Below are positions 17,705-26,181 of a stretch of DNA of 64,000 bases, in pieces (the first letter of the stretch is position 1; each line of letters opens with the position of its first letter). Origin of the DNA: an uncultured Brevinematales bacterium (GTDB lineage Bacteria; Spirochaetota; Brevinematia; Brevinematales; JAOACQ01). The translations under genes were made by a program, and so were the position numbers. A model generated the notes under the pieces. The model made no database searches. It was not told the origin of the DNA and saw nothing but the letters and a program-made list of their open reading frames with translations. The stretch lies in contig CAYMRH010000005.1 of the NCBI GenBank assembly GCA_964392785.1, positions 4,778 through 68,777 on the forward strand. Reading direction: 5' to 3'.

Positions 17705-18982
17705 CTACCGGCTGTCCCGTATGGTTTCCGCGGGGTAGTAGGGCCGCAGGGCTTTCGGGATTTCCACGGAACCGTCTTCGTTCTGGCAGTTTTCCAGGAT
17801 CGCCACCAGCGTCCTGCCCACGGCCAGGCCGGAGCCGTTCAGCGTGTGGACGAACTCGGTCTTTCCCGTGGATTCCCGGCGGAACCGGATGCCCGCTCTC
17901 CGGGCCTGGAAGTCCAGGCAGTTCGACACCGATGAAATTTCCTTGTAGCCGTTCAGGCTGGGAATCCAGACCTCGATATCGTAACACTTGGACGCGGCAA
18001 AACCCATGTCTCCCGCGGACAGCACGATCACCCGGTACGGCAGTTCCAGAAGTTGGAGGATCCGTTCCGCGTCCGCGAGCATGGATTCGTGTTCGGCCGC
18101 CGATTCCTCGGGCCGCGTGAACTTGACCAGCTCCACCTTGTTGAACTGGTGCTGGCGGATAATGCCGCGAGTATCCTTGCCGTAACTGCCGGCCTCCCGG
18201 CGGAACGAGGGCGCATAGGCCGTGACCCGCAGGGGCAGGTCGCTTTCCTTCAGGGTTTCGTTCTGGAACATGTTGGTCAGGGGGACTTCCGCCGTGGGGT
18301 TCAGGTAGAGGTTTTCCCCGTCCACCCTGTAAAGGTCCTCCTGGAACTTGGGCAGTTGTCCCGTGCCGCGCAGGGATTCCCCGGTCACCAGGAAGGGGAC
18401 GAATTGTTCCCGGTAGCCGTTGGCCGCGTGCGTGTCCAGCATGAAGTTGATCAGCGAGCGTTCCAGACGGGCGGCCGGGCCGTGGTACAGCGTGAACCCG
18501 CTGCCGGAAATTTTCGCCCCGCGCTCGAAATCCAGGATCCCCAGTTTTTCGGCGATCTCGAAATGCGTCTTGGGTTTGAAGGAAAAGGACCCGGGTTCCC
18601 CCCAGCTTTTCACGGGCCGGTTTGCCGTTTCGTCCGCCCCTTCGGGCACGCCGTCCTGGGGCAGGTTGGGAACGTACAGGAGCAGGTTTTCCAGGTCCCC
18701 GTTCAGTTCCTTTTCCCGGGTTTCCAGGGCCTCCAGCCGGCCGCCGATCTCCTGGCTTTGGGCGAACAGTTCGTCCGCGTTCTGTCCTTTGGATTTCAGG
18801 ATGCCGATTTCCCGGGACACGTCCTTCTTCCGGTGGCGGAGATCGTCTGCCTCTTTCTGGGTTTTCCGGCGTTCCGCCGCCGCGGCCTCGATACGGTCCA
18901 GAAGAGAGGCGTCTTTCAGGCGGTATTGGAGTTTCTGACGGACCAGTTCTTTCTGTTCCGCGATCAGTTTGGGATCGATCAT
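17705..18982 (-). CDS. serS: Serine--tRNA ligase
   Basis: LIPTAEV-like motif (LNPTAEVP), FRREAGSYGKDTRG.IRQHQF.KVE, EISS.SNC.DFQARR, HTLNGSGLAVGR. Confidence 0.97.
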   Translation of the reverse strand: MIDPKLIAEQKELVRQKLQYRLKDASLLDRIEAAAAERRKTQKEADDLRHRKKDVSREIGILKSKGQNADELFAQSQEIGGRLEALETREKELNGDLENLLLYVPNLPQDGVPEGADETANRPVKSWGEPGSFSFKPKTHFEIAEKLGILDFERGAKISGSGFTLYHGPAARLERSLINFMLDTHAANGYREQFVPFLVTGESLRGTGQLPKFQEDLYRVDGENLYLNPTAEVPLTNMFQNETLKESDLPLRVTAYAPSFRREAGSYGKDTRGIIRQHQFNKVELVKFTRPEESAAEHESMLADAERILQLLELPYRVIVLSAGDMGFAASKCYDIEVWIPSLNGYKEISSVSNCLDFQARRAGIRFRRESTGKTEFVHTLNGSGLAVGRTLVAILENCQNEDGSVEIPKALRPYYPAETIRDSR

Positions 18983-19076
18983 GGGGCACCTCGGGACGGG
19001 AATGGGAATATTATAAAGGGCGGGCGGGATTATCGCCTATTTTTTCCTGCCGGGATTTTTCGGGGCGCGCCCCGGT

Positions 19077-21731
19077 TTATTCCTCGAAGCGTTCGATCAC
19101 CAGTTCCACGTAGGCGCGGGACAGTTTCAGGCTCTTGGAAATGTCCTCCACCGTCCAACCCTGTTCCTTCAGGCGCAGGATGTTCTTGGCGGTGTCTTCG
19201 TCGTTCGCTCGTTCCGCGGCGGCCGTCCGTTTGGGGCCCAGTTGCCCCTCCTGGGTTTCGCGCACGCGCTCGAGCTGGGTTTCCAGCTTGGCCACCCATT
19301 CGCGCATCTTCTGGACTTTCTTGGATTCCTCGTCAATGTGGATGAGCAGGTTCTCGATGTCCGCGATCTTGTCCACCGCCACGCCGATGCGGTCCTGGTC
19401 GCTGAACAGCCGGGAAATGTTGGACTGGGCCGTCTTGACGTCCTCTTCCACCTTGCGGGAGATCTTGTTCATGGTGGTGACCTTCTCCTCGATCAGGGCC
19501 ACCTTTTCGTCCATGACCTTGATGTCGTCGCGGGAGGAGTCCACGGAGTTGATCAGGCTGTTGATGATGTCCCGCTTCTTTTCCGCGTCCGCGATCCTTT
19601 CCTTGATCTCTTCGTAGATCTTGAGCGTTTCCAGCAGCACGGCCTTCACGTCCTCCACCTTGCCGGACTGCTTGTCGATGATGGACAGGATTTCCTGGGC
19701 GTCCTTGACCTTGTCCAGGGCGGCTTTGGCGGTTTCGTGTATGGCCAGCGTTTCCTTGCGGGAGGCGGCGATATTCAGCAGGAGCCCGTCCAGCGCCTTG
19801 TGCTCGGTTTTGACGGTGTCCAGGCTCTTCATGGCTTTTTCGATGTCTTTTTTCCGGTCTTCCAGTTCCTTCAAAAACTGCGTGATCATCTTCACGTTCT
19901 TGCCGGACTTTTCCGTGAGCGTTTCGGCCTTGTCCAGGATGGCGCTTTTTTTGACCAGGCCGTCGTATCGGGTCTCGATTTCCTTGGTGCGTTTGTTCAG
20001 GTCCTTCAGGTCGGACAGCACCTGCTCCTTGAGCTCCTTTTTCTCCGCCGCCACGTCGCGCTGGATGGCCTGCAGGTCCGCTTTGGCGTTGTCCAGAGTG
20101 TTTTCCAGTTCTTCCTCCGTCTTTTTGACGTAGCCGTCAAAATTGTTGGTGATTTCGTTCACGCGCTTGGTGAATTCCGTGTCCAGGGAAGCCGCCCGGT
20201 CCTGGATGGACGCCGCGGCCTCTTCTTCGATCTGCTTGAACTGGCGCGTCAGTTCCCGGATCTTTGCGGCCACGCTTTCGTATTCCGCGGCCGACGCGGC
20301 CACGTATTTTTCAAATTCCTTGCTGAATTTTTCCTGGAATTCCGAGAGCTCCTCGTTCAGGCGCTCCTCGCTTTCCGAAGCGGCCCGCGCGGCGATTTTC
20401 CGGAATTCCTCCTCCAGGTCCTCCAGCCGGCCGGTGTGGGTCTTGTAGAATTTCTCCAGTTCCTTCTCCCGGGCCGCCATGGCGCTTTCCAGCTCCTTTT
20501 CCCGGGCGGCGGCCGCGGAGGCCAGGGATTTTTCCCCGGCGGCAATGGAGGCGGAAAGCGATTTCTCCTGGGACGCGATGGCGTTCTCCAGTTCCTTCAT
20601 GCGGCGGGTTTCGTCCGTCAGGTCTTTTTTCAGGTCGGACAGGCCCGTTTTGAGTTCGTCGATCTCCCCGAGGGCGCTTTCCTTCACTTTTTCCACGGTG
20701 GCGCGGATGGTGTTCCTGAGGTTTTCTATTCCGTATTCTTCCTTTTCCATGAGTTCCTTGGTGGTCTGGTCGAACTTTTTGCCGATGATGTCGCGGATGT
20801 TGTCCATTTTTTCCTGCGCGTCGTCCAGGCTGTCTTCCAGGGCTTTTTCCTTGTCCTGGATCTTGCGGACCACGGCGTCCAGCGACTCGCGGCCCACGGT
20901 CTTGATGTCGTCCACGGCCTGGGAGAGGTCTCCCTGCAGCTTCTGGATCATGGTCTGGAGGGATTCTTCTTTTTTGGCCACGGAAGCGACGAATTTCTCC
21001 GCTTCGTTTCCGGCGCCGGCCTTGACGGACGCCAGTTCGGACTTGAACTTGTCGGTCACGTCCTTGATGAATTTCCCGAGCCGGGCGTTCATGTCCTGGA
21101 GCGCGCCGGAATGGGCCGTGATCTTGTTCTGGAGCGAGTCCACGGCCGCCTGCTTTTTGGAGATGTCCTCCTGCAGGGCGCGGATCTGGTCGGCGGACTC
21201 GCTTTTCTGGAGCGCGATGTCGTCCAGGGTCTTTTTCATGGCGTCGTGGATGTTGTCCTCGGCCCAGACCTTGGACTGGTCAATGTCCGACTGGATCTGC
21301 CTGGCGTCCTTCTGGGCGTCCGCGATCTCCTTTTTCAGGGCGTCCACTTCCGTGGCGGCTTTGGAGATTTCCAGGAGCTTGGTCCGGACCTCCGCCATGT
21401 TGCGGTTGAAGTCCGCCGCTTCCCGGAGCTCGCCCGTCAGGGCCTGGCGGATGGCCGTGATCTGCTTGATGCTCCCGCCGATCTCCCCCATTTTGTTGTT
21501 GATGAAGGCGCTGGCCTTGTCCAGTTTTTTGAGGGCGATGTCCAGGGAAATGGTCTTGTCGCGCAGTTCCTTTTCTTTTTCCTGGAACAGGCGGTTCAGG
21601 TTCGAGACGGACGTGTTGATGAAATTCTTCAGCGTCTGCAGCTGGGTGTTGCGCTTGTCGCGCCGGCGGAAGAAGAGGATCAGGAAAACGGATATGAGGA
21701 TGGGCAGGACGATGCTGACAAAATTGACCAT
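19077..21731 (-). CDS. Membrane-anchored long coiled-coil protein (SpiroCoCo-like) with C-terminal HTH-like tail
   Basis: N-terminal TM helix, ~800 aa heptad-rich E/K/L/Q region, tail LKEQGWTVEDISKSLKLSRAYVELV. Confidence 0.75.
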   Translation of the reverse strand: MVNFVSIVLPILISVFLILFFRRRDKRNTQLQTLKNFINTSVSNLNRLFQEKEKELRDKTISLDIALKKLDKASAFINNKMGEIGGSIKQITAIRQALTGELREAADFNRNMAEVRTKLLEISKAATEVDALKKEIADAQKDARQIQSDIDQSKVWAEDNIHDAMKKTLDDIALQKSESADQIRALQEDISKKQAAVDSLQNKITAHSGALQDMNARLGKFIKDVTDKFKSELASVKAGAGNEAEKFVASVAKKEESLQTMIQKLQGDLSQAVDDIKTVGRESLDAVVRKIQDKEKALEDSLDDAQEKMDNIRDIIGKKFDQTTKELMEKEEYGIENLRNTIRATVEKVKESALGEIDELKTGLSDLKKDLTDETRRMKELENAIASQEKSLSASIAAGEKSLASAAAAREKELESAMAAREKELEKFYKTHTGRLEDLEEEFRKIAARAASESEERLNEELSEFQEKFSKEFEKYVAASAAEYESVAAKIRELTRQFKQIEEEAAASIQDRAASLDTEFTKRVNEITNNFDGYVKKTEEELENTLDNAKADLQAIQRDVAAEKKELKEQVLSDLKDLNKRTKEIETRYDGLVKKSAILDKAETLTEKSGKNVKMITQFLKELEDRKKDIEKAMKSLDTVKTEHKALDGLLLNIAASRKETLAIHETAKAALDKVKDAQEILSIIDKQSGKVEDVKAVLLETLKIYEEIKERIADAEKKRDIINSLINSVDSSRDDIKVMDEKVALIEEKVTTMNKISRKVEEDVKTAQSNISRLFSDQDRIGVAVDKIADIENLLIHIDEESKKVQKMREWVAKLETQLERVRETQEGQLGPKRTAAAERANDEDTAKNILRLKEQGWTVEDISKSLKLSRAYVELVIERFEE

Positions 21732-21822
21732 GACCCCCTCCGGTTATGACAACGACATTTTAAGGAAAAGGAAGCGGGAAAGCAATAGAAAACGGGGGAA
21801 AATGGGGATTTTCAGGAGGAAG

Positions 21823-21988
21823 CCGCGGAGGCGCGGAGAACGCCAGGGGCCGTCATGCCGCGGCGCTTCGCGGCATACTGAATTTTCCCGGTGTTTCTTC
21901 GTGGCTTTGTGGCGGCGCCTGCTCCGAGCGCCTCGACGGTTCGGCCATGCTCAACGCAGGCTCTGCTCGGGACAGGCTCTGTCGAGGG
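21823..21988. repeat. Cluster of palindromic mini-repeats (left flank of AT-rich gene)
   Basis: CGCGGAG-periodic unit; GTCATGCCGCG..CGCGGCAT hairpin (21852-21876); CCTCGAC (21931)...GTCGAGG (21981) enclosing TTCGGC.GCTCA..CTCGGG. Confidence 0.7.
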
Positions 21989-22017
21989 TTATCAGGTGTT
22001 TGCCATAACTGTGCACA

Positions 22018-22965
22018 TCATTCCCTTATCTTTCTAAGTCTGAAAAGTGCATACAGCTTTTTGAAATTTGGTTTATCATAATCTCCTTTTATGACAACCC
22101 AACGAAAATATATATCGCCCTCCGGTTTTACGATGAAGCTTCTGATTTTAAAACCAGTAATGTATGGCGCAATATTTGCAATAGCAGGAATATCATTTAT
22201 GGTAATCAATCTGTATTCATCGTTCTTATAAACATTATGCTCGGCGTCCTCTTGGAAATCCGAAAGATATTTATTCTTAAATTTTAAAACAATATCCTTG
22301 GTCTTCTCATCTTCAATAGAATATTCTTTATAATTAGTATTAACCAAATTATATATATATGTAACATTTCCATCACCGAATAAAATTTCAGACTTATTTT
22401 TATCAAAATTGAAGTAACCATAGGTTGAAAACCAGCCCTTATTAAAGATTTGAAAGTTTGTGTTTTTTGTAAATTTGACAAGATTTCCCAGCGGAATCCA
22501 AGCGTTGCCTTCATCGTCAACATCAAAACTATATGGGTAGTGAAATATTCCACTATTTTCACTATATAAAAAATTGCTGGTCTTAACCATAGGCTCCAGA
22601 ACATACTCATATCCATTCGGCAATCTGCCAATATAAAGCCTTTCGCCCACATTAAAACTGTCTACAAAATTATATATATTGTTATAATAGACATCCCTTG
22701 TTTTCCAGGTACGACCCGAGCCCACCCCTTTCTCCCATTGTTCGTTATAAATCCTGAATTCCCTTTTCCCTTCGAACTTCTGAACCTCGCTGCTTTTTAC
22801 ACTTGTTAATATCTTTTTATCTCCAAGCGCTTTATAAACCTTGATCGCCTCATCCGTCGTCAGCTCTTCCTTGGGCAACTTTAATAGCACGGACAAATCG
22901 CGCTCTTCAGCGCTCCAGGCGTTGACGCAAATCAGCAGGAGTAAAATGGCGGTCATTCTGGTCAT
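22018..22965 (-). CDS. Secreted hypothetical protein, AT-rich
   Basis: Signal peptide MTRMTAILLLLICVNAWSA; body about 30% GC by spot counts. Confidence 0.75.
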   Translation of the reverse strand: MTRMTAILLLLICVNAWSAEERDLSVLLKLPKEELTTDEAIKVYKALGDKKILTSVKSSEVQKFEGKREFRIYNEQWEKGVGSGRTWKTRDVYYNNIYNFVDSFNVGERLYIGRLPNGYEYVLEPMVKTSNFLYSENSGIFHYPYSFDVDDEGNAWIPLGNLVKFTKNTNFQIFNKGWFSTYGYFNFDKNKSEILFGDGNVTYIYNLVNTNYKEYSIEDEKTKDIVLKFKNKYLSDFQEDAEHNVYKNDEYRLITINDIPAIANIAPYITGFKIRSFIVKPEGDIYFRWVVIKGDYDKPNFKKLYALFRLRKIRE

Positions 22966-23010
22966 AACATGCCCCCTTTTTGGCAGTAGATTGGGTTTTA
23001 TGTGCTTTTG

Positions 23011-23287
23011 CCCGGCCCTTCGATACACGGCCCGGTGGCTGAGTGCCCAGCTCCTGCGTGCAGGGGCTGGGTGTATCGAAGCCCGGGCCGCACACAGCCA
23101 CCGGGATTTTGCAGCGGCCTCGACTTCGGCCCCTCGGTAGTGCTGCTGGACGAGGAAGCCGTAAACCCGTTCGGCTGAGCTCAGGGCATCGCTCGGGGAC
23201 CGAAGTCTCGGCCGAACCGGTCGTCGAGTTCACCGCTCCCTGCTTTGCCGGACTACCGAGACGCCGGTGAGGCCGAAGTTGAGGCCG
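23011..23287. repeat. Cluster of nested and interleaved REP-like palindromes
   Basis: CTTCGATACAC/GTGTATCGAAG (23018/23071), CCCGGTGGCTG/CAGCCACCGGG (23031/23095), and triple-nested inverted repeat 23115-23287. Confidence 0.85.
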
Positions 23288-23530
23288 TCATTCACTTCTT
23301 CAAATAATATATCCTTTTCTTCTTCGCTTTCAATTTCAATTCTGCTTCATTCTCCTCTATCAGGGCTTTCTTCTTATCGTGACTCCAACCCTGAACCTGC
23401 TTCTCTCTTTTAAAAGCTGTCTTTATTGATTGATAATATTCCCAATAAACCAATTTTACCGGTCTTCGTTTCGCAGTATATCGGGCACCTCTGTCTTCAG
23501 AAGTTTCAACCCCTTTTCTAAAAACCAGCG

Positions 23531-23577
23531 CGGTCCCTGAGTGATTTTCCGCGTCAGCGGAAAATTGTATCGAAGGG
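23531..23577 (-). repeat. REP-like element inserted in frame in the GIY-YIG gene
   Basis: Minus strand CCCTTCGATACA-ATTTTCCGC-tgac-GCGGAAAAT-CACTCAGGGACCG. Confidence 0.85.
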
Positions 23578-23621
23578 CCGCCATTATGCTCCTCGAGACG
23601 TCTTTCCAAATCCCTGTCGGT

Positions 23622-23641
23622 CCCTGAGCGGAGTCGAAGGG
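23622..23641 (-). repeat. 20 nt REP-like element causing the GIY-YIG frameshift
   Basis: Minus strand CCCTTCGACTCCGCTCAGGG directly after codons YTG. Confidence 0.85.
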
Positions 23642-23760
23642 GCCCGTGTAATATGACCCGTCTGAGCATTCCACTATGTACATATACGGCATATCATCCT
23701 CTTACTAATTTTGTGCCGCCTGATCAAGCTTAAGTAGTTGGGAAAACCGCGGCCAAGCCG

Positions 23761-23864
23761 TCGCCCTGACGGTTCGACGAAAGCGGTTGGTGAGCCTGTC
23801 GAACCACACCGCGGCGGCCGTGTCGAAGGGTCGAAGCGGTCGAGGGGCGCTGCGTCTCCGTGGC
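23761..23864. repeat. Nested REP-like cluster upstream of the GIY-YIG gene
   Basis: CCCTGA (23764)...TGTCGAAGGG (23821) enclosing GGTTCGAC/GTCGAACC and GGTGAGCCTGTCGAACC. Confidence 0.8.
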
Positions 23865-23869
23865 AGCCA

Positions 23870-24322
23870 TCAAACCAGCCTGACGATCACCGCCACAAGT
23901 GCGCCCCACGCGCCGCCGGCAACCACTTCCAGGATGGAGTGTCCCTTGAACTGCGGGATGTTTTTGGGAACGGGGATGCGGTTCTTTTTGGCGAGCGCCC
24001 GGGTGAGGGTGATGTTGATCTCCACCGTCTTGCGGAGCTTGATGATGTCGTAGATCAGGATGCCGGCCATGACCACGGCCAGGCCAAAGAGCGAACTGGA
24101 AAAACCCGATTCCAGGCCAATGCCCACCGTCACGCCCGTGATGAAGGCGGTGTGCGCGGACGGGATGTCCCCGTAATCCGCGAACTTCCGGATGTCCGGC
24201 GGCTTGCCCCGGAACACGGGCAGGAAAATCTTGAAAACCTGGGACGACACCTGCGCGATGATCGCCGCCAAAAAGGGTTTGTTCAGGAGAACTTTGAATA
24301 CGTTGAAATCCGTGCCGTTCAT
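23870..24322 (-). CDS. Divergent PAP2 family (DUF212) membrane protein
   Basis: G.IPSAHTA, ILIYD...LR, GH...EVVAG. Confidence 0.85.
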   Translation of the reverse strand: MNGTDFNVFKVLLNKPFLAAIIAQVSSQVFKIFLPVFRGKPPDIRKFADYGDIPSAHTAFITGVTVGIGLESGFSSSLFGLAVVMAGILIYDIIKLRKTVEINITLTRALAKKNRIPVPKNIPQFKGHSILEVVAGGAWGALVAVIVRLV

Positions 24323-24397
24323 GCGCGCCTCCGTGGGAAGGTGTAAAAGTATAAAGCCGGGCGGGACAAAAACGCAATTCGCGCGGGCCGGTACCGC

Positions 24398-25234
24398 TCA
24401 GAACTTCCAGCGGGTCAGGATCGTTTCCCGGGAAAACACCTTCACGGTGGCGCGGAGAAGGATGACATTCAGAACGGCCAACACGCCGGACAGAACCAGC
24501 GGAATGGCCAGGCTGTAAGCGACCAGCCCCGTGAAACTCAGGCCGACCACGCCGAAAAGCGGCAGGATCAGGATGCCGAACACGCCCTGGGCGTTCTTGG
24601 CGTCCCGCGCGCGGCTGGAGGCTATGACTCCCAAAAGCGACGCCAGCAGTCCGGTGAGCGGGACCAGTGCCGCCGCGAAAACCAGCCAGTATTCCGCTCC
24701 CGTTGTGTATTTCATGAAGGCGGGCCGGAACAGTGCGGCCGCGCCGACGAACAGGGCCCCGCAGAACCAACTCACAAGCGTGGCAGGCAACATACCCGAG
24801 AGCGCCTTGGCCAGGAGGATTTCCCATGTCCGGGCGGGAGTGGCCAGGAGCGGTTCCAGCGTGCGGTTCTGTTTCTCCTCCACAATGGAGAAAGTGACGG
24901 TGATCCCCGCGATCATCATCGGTATGAGGAGCATATACACGGGAAACTGCAGGTAGGACAGAAGCTGGAACTTTTCCGTGGAAGAGAGCGACGCCAATCC
25001 CGGATGGGCGGCCAGGGATTCTGAAAATTTCCCGATGGCGGAACGGATCAGCGGGTTCTGCAGGTCCTCGGGGCGGGTGCTTGTGGCGAGTCCGGCGAAA
25101 ATCCCGACGGATTGTCCGGTGAGGATCAGCGGCAGCAGAGTCACCATGAGAAACGTGTTGAGATTGGCAAAGGAGTTCTTCCATTCATGGCGCAGCACGT
25201 TCCAGACCGTGCGCCAGGACGACCGGCGGGTCAT
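24398..25234 (-). CDS. ABC-2 type transporter permease
   Basis: SIVEEKQNRTLEPLLATP, ILL.K; ATGA overlap with the ATPase gene. Confidence 0.88.
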   Translation of the reverse strand: MTRRSSWRTVWNVLRHEWKNSFANLNTFLMVTLLPLILTGQSVGIFAGLATSTRPEDLQNPLIRSAIGKFSESLAAHPGLASLSSTEKFQLLSYLQFPVYMLLIPMMIAGITVTFSIVEEKQNRTLEPLLATPARTWEILLAKALSGMLPATLVSWFCGALFVGAAALFRPAFMKYTTGAEYWLVFAAALVPLTGLLASLLGVIASSRARDAKNAQGVFGILILPLFGVVGLSFTGLVAYSLAIPLVLSGVLAVLNVILLRATVKVFSRETILTRWKF

Positions 25235-26181
25235 GGCCGCCTCCCCGCGGGGGCGTCCGTTCCGTTGTCGTCGCCCACCAGGTTCAGGTAAACGTCCTCC
25301 AGGGTGTGTTCCATTTCGGACAGGGACCGCACGCGTCCGCCCGCGTTCACCGCCGCGGCCACGAGGTCCGGCACGGAGTCCCCGTCCGGGTCCGCGAGTT
25401 CGATCACGCAACGGCTTTTGTCATATTCAAAATGCCGGACGAACGGAAGCCGGGAAATCCTTTCCAGGACGTCCGGCCCGGGCGTGTCCAGTTGCAGCAC
25501 GAACTGGCGGGTAAACAGCGCGCGCCGCAGGCGTTCCGGGGTGTCCAAGGCGATCAGGGAGTTTTTGATCACGGCGATCCGGTCGCAGACCTGTTCGGCC
25601 TCTTCCAGGGTATGGGTGCACAGCAGGATGGTCCGCCGTTCGGAACGCAGCTGACGGATGATGTTGCGGACCTCAATGCGAGCCTGCGGATCCAGTCCCG
25701 ACGTGGGTTCGTCCAGAAAGAGCACTTTGGGTTCGTGGAGGAGCGCCCGGACCAGGGCGAGTTTCTGTTTCATGCCCTTGGAATAGCGGCCTACGCGTTC
25801 CTTCCGCCGTTCCCAGAGTCCGACAGGTTTGAGATATTTCTCGATCTGTTTTCCGGCATCCACACCCGGGTAAAACCGGGCAAAATAGGACAGGTTGTCC
25901 GCGGCCGTCAGCCGTTCGTAAAAACCCGGGACCTCGGTCAGAAGACCGATATTGCCGTGAACGCGCTCGGGATGCTCGTCCGTCCGGACTCCGTCCAGCA
26001 CGGCATAGCCTTCCGAAGAGCGGATCATGCCGGCGATCATGCGGACGGTCGTGGTCTTTCCCGCGCCGTTCGGCCCGAGAAGACCCAGAACTTCCCCTTC
26101 CCGGACCTGAAGATCCAGCGCGCTGACCGCCGCCGCGGCCTCGAAGCGTTTTGTCAGGTTGACGGTTTCGATCACGGTCAT
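25231..26181 (-). CDS. ABC transporter ATP-binding protein
   Basis: GPNGAGKTT, YSKGMKQK, LFLDEPTSGLD, CTH. Confidence 0.95.
   Translation of the reverse strand: MTVIETVNLTKRFEAAAAVSALDLQVREGEVLGLLGPNGAGKTTTVRMIAGMIRSSEGYAVLDGVRTDEHPERVHGNIGLLTEVPGFYERLTAADNLSYFARFYPGVDAGKQIEKYLKPVGLWERRKERVGRYSKGMKQKLALVRALLHEPKVLFLDEPTSGLDPQARIEVRNIIRQLRSERRTILLCTHTLEEAEQVCDRIAVIKNSLIALDTPERLRRALFTRQFVLQLDTPGPDVLERISRLPFVRHFEYDKSRCVIELADPDGDSVPDLVAAAVNAGGRVRSLSEMEHTLEDVYLNLVGDDNGTDAPAGRRP

Larger units (their letters stand above)
23292..23692 (-). pseudogene. Small GIY-YIG nuclease (UPF0213/YhbQ-like), frameshifted by a repeat insertion
   Basis: MPYMYIVECSDGSYYTG in one frame, then DLERRLEEHN...GARYTAKRRPVKLVY...AFKREKQVQGWS..KK.ALI in another; AGAGGA RBS. 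Confidence 0.88.

Noticed and set aside
23011-23864. Possible CRISPR array
   Set aside because: The repeats are inverted, nested and variable, not identical direct repeats with regular spacers; no cas genes.
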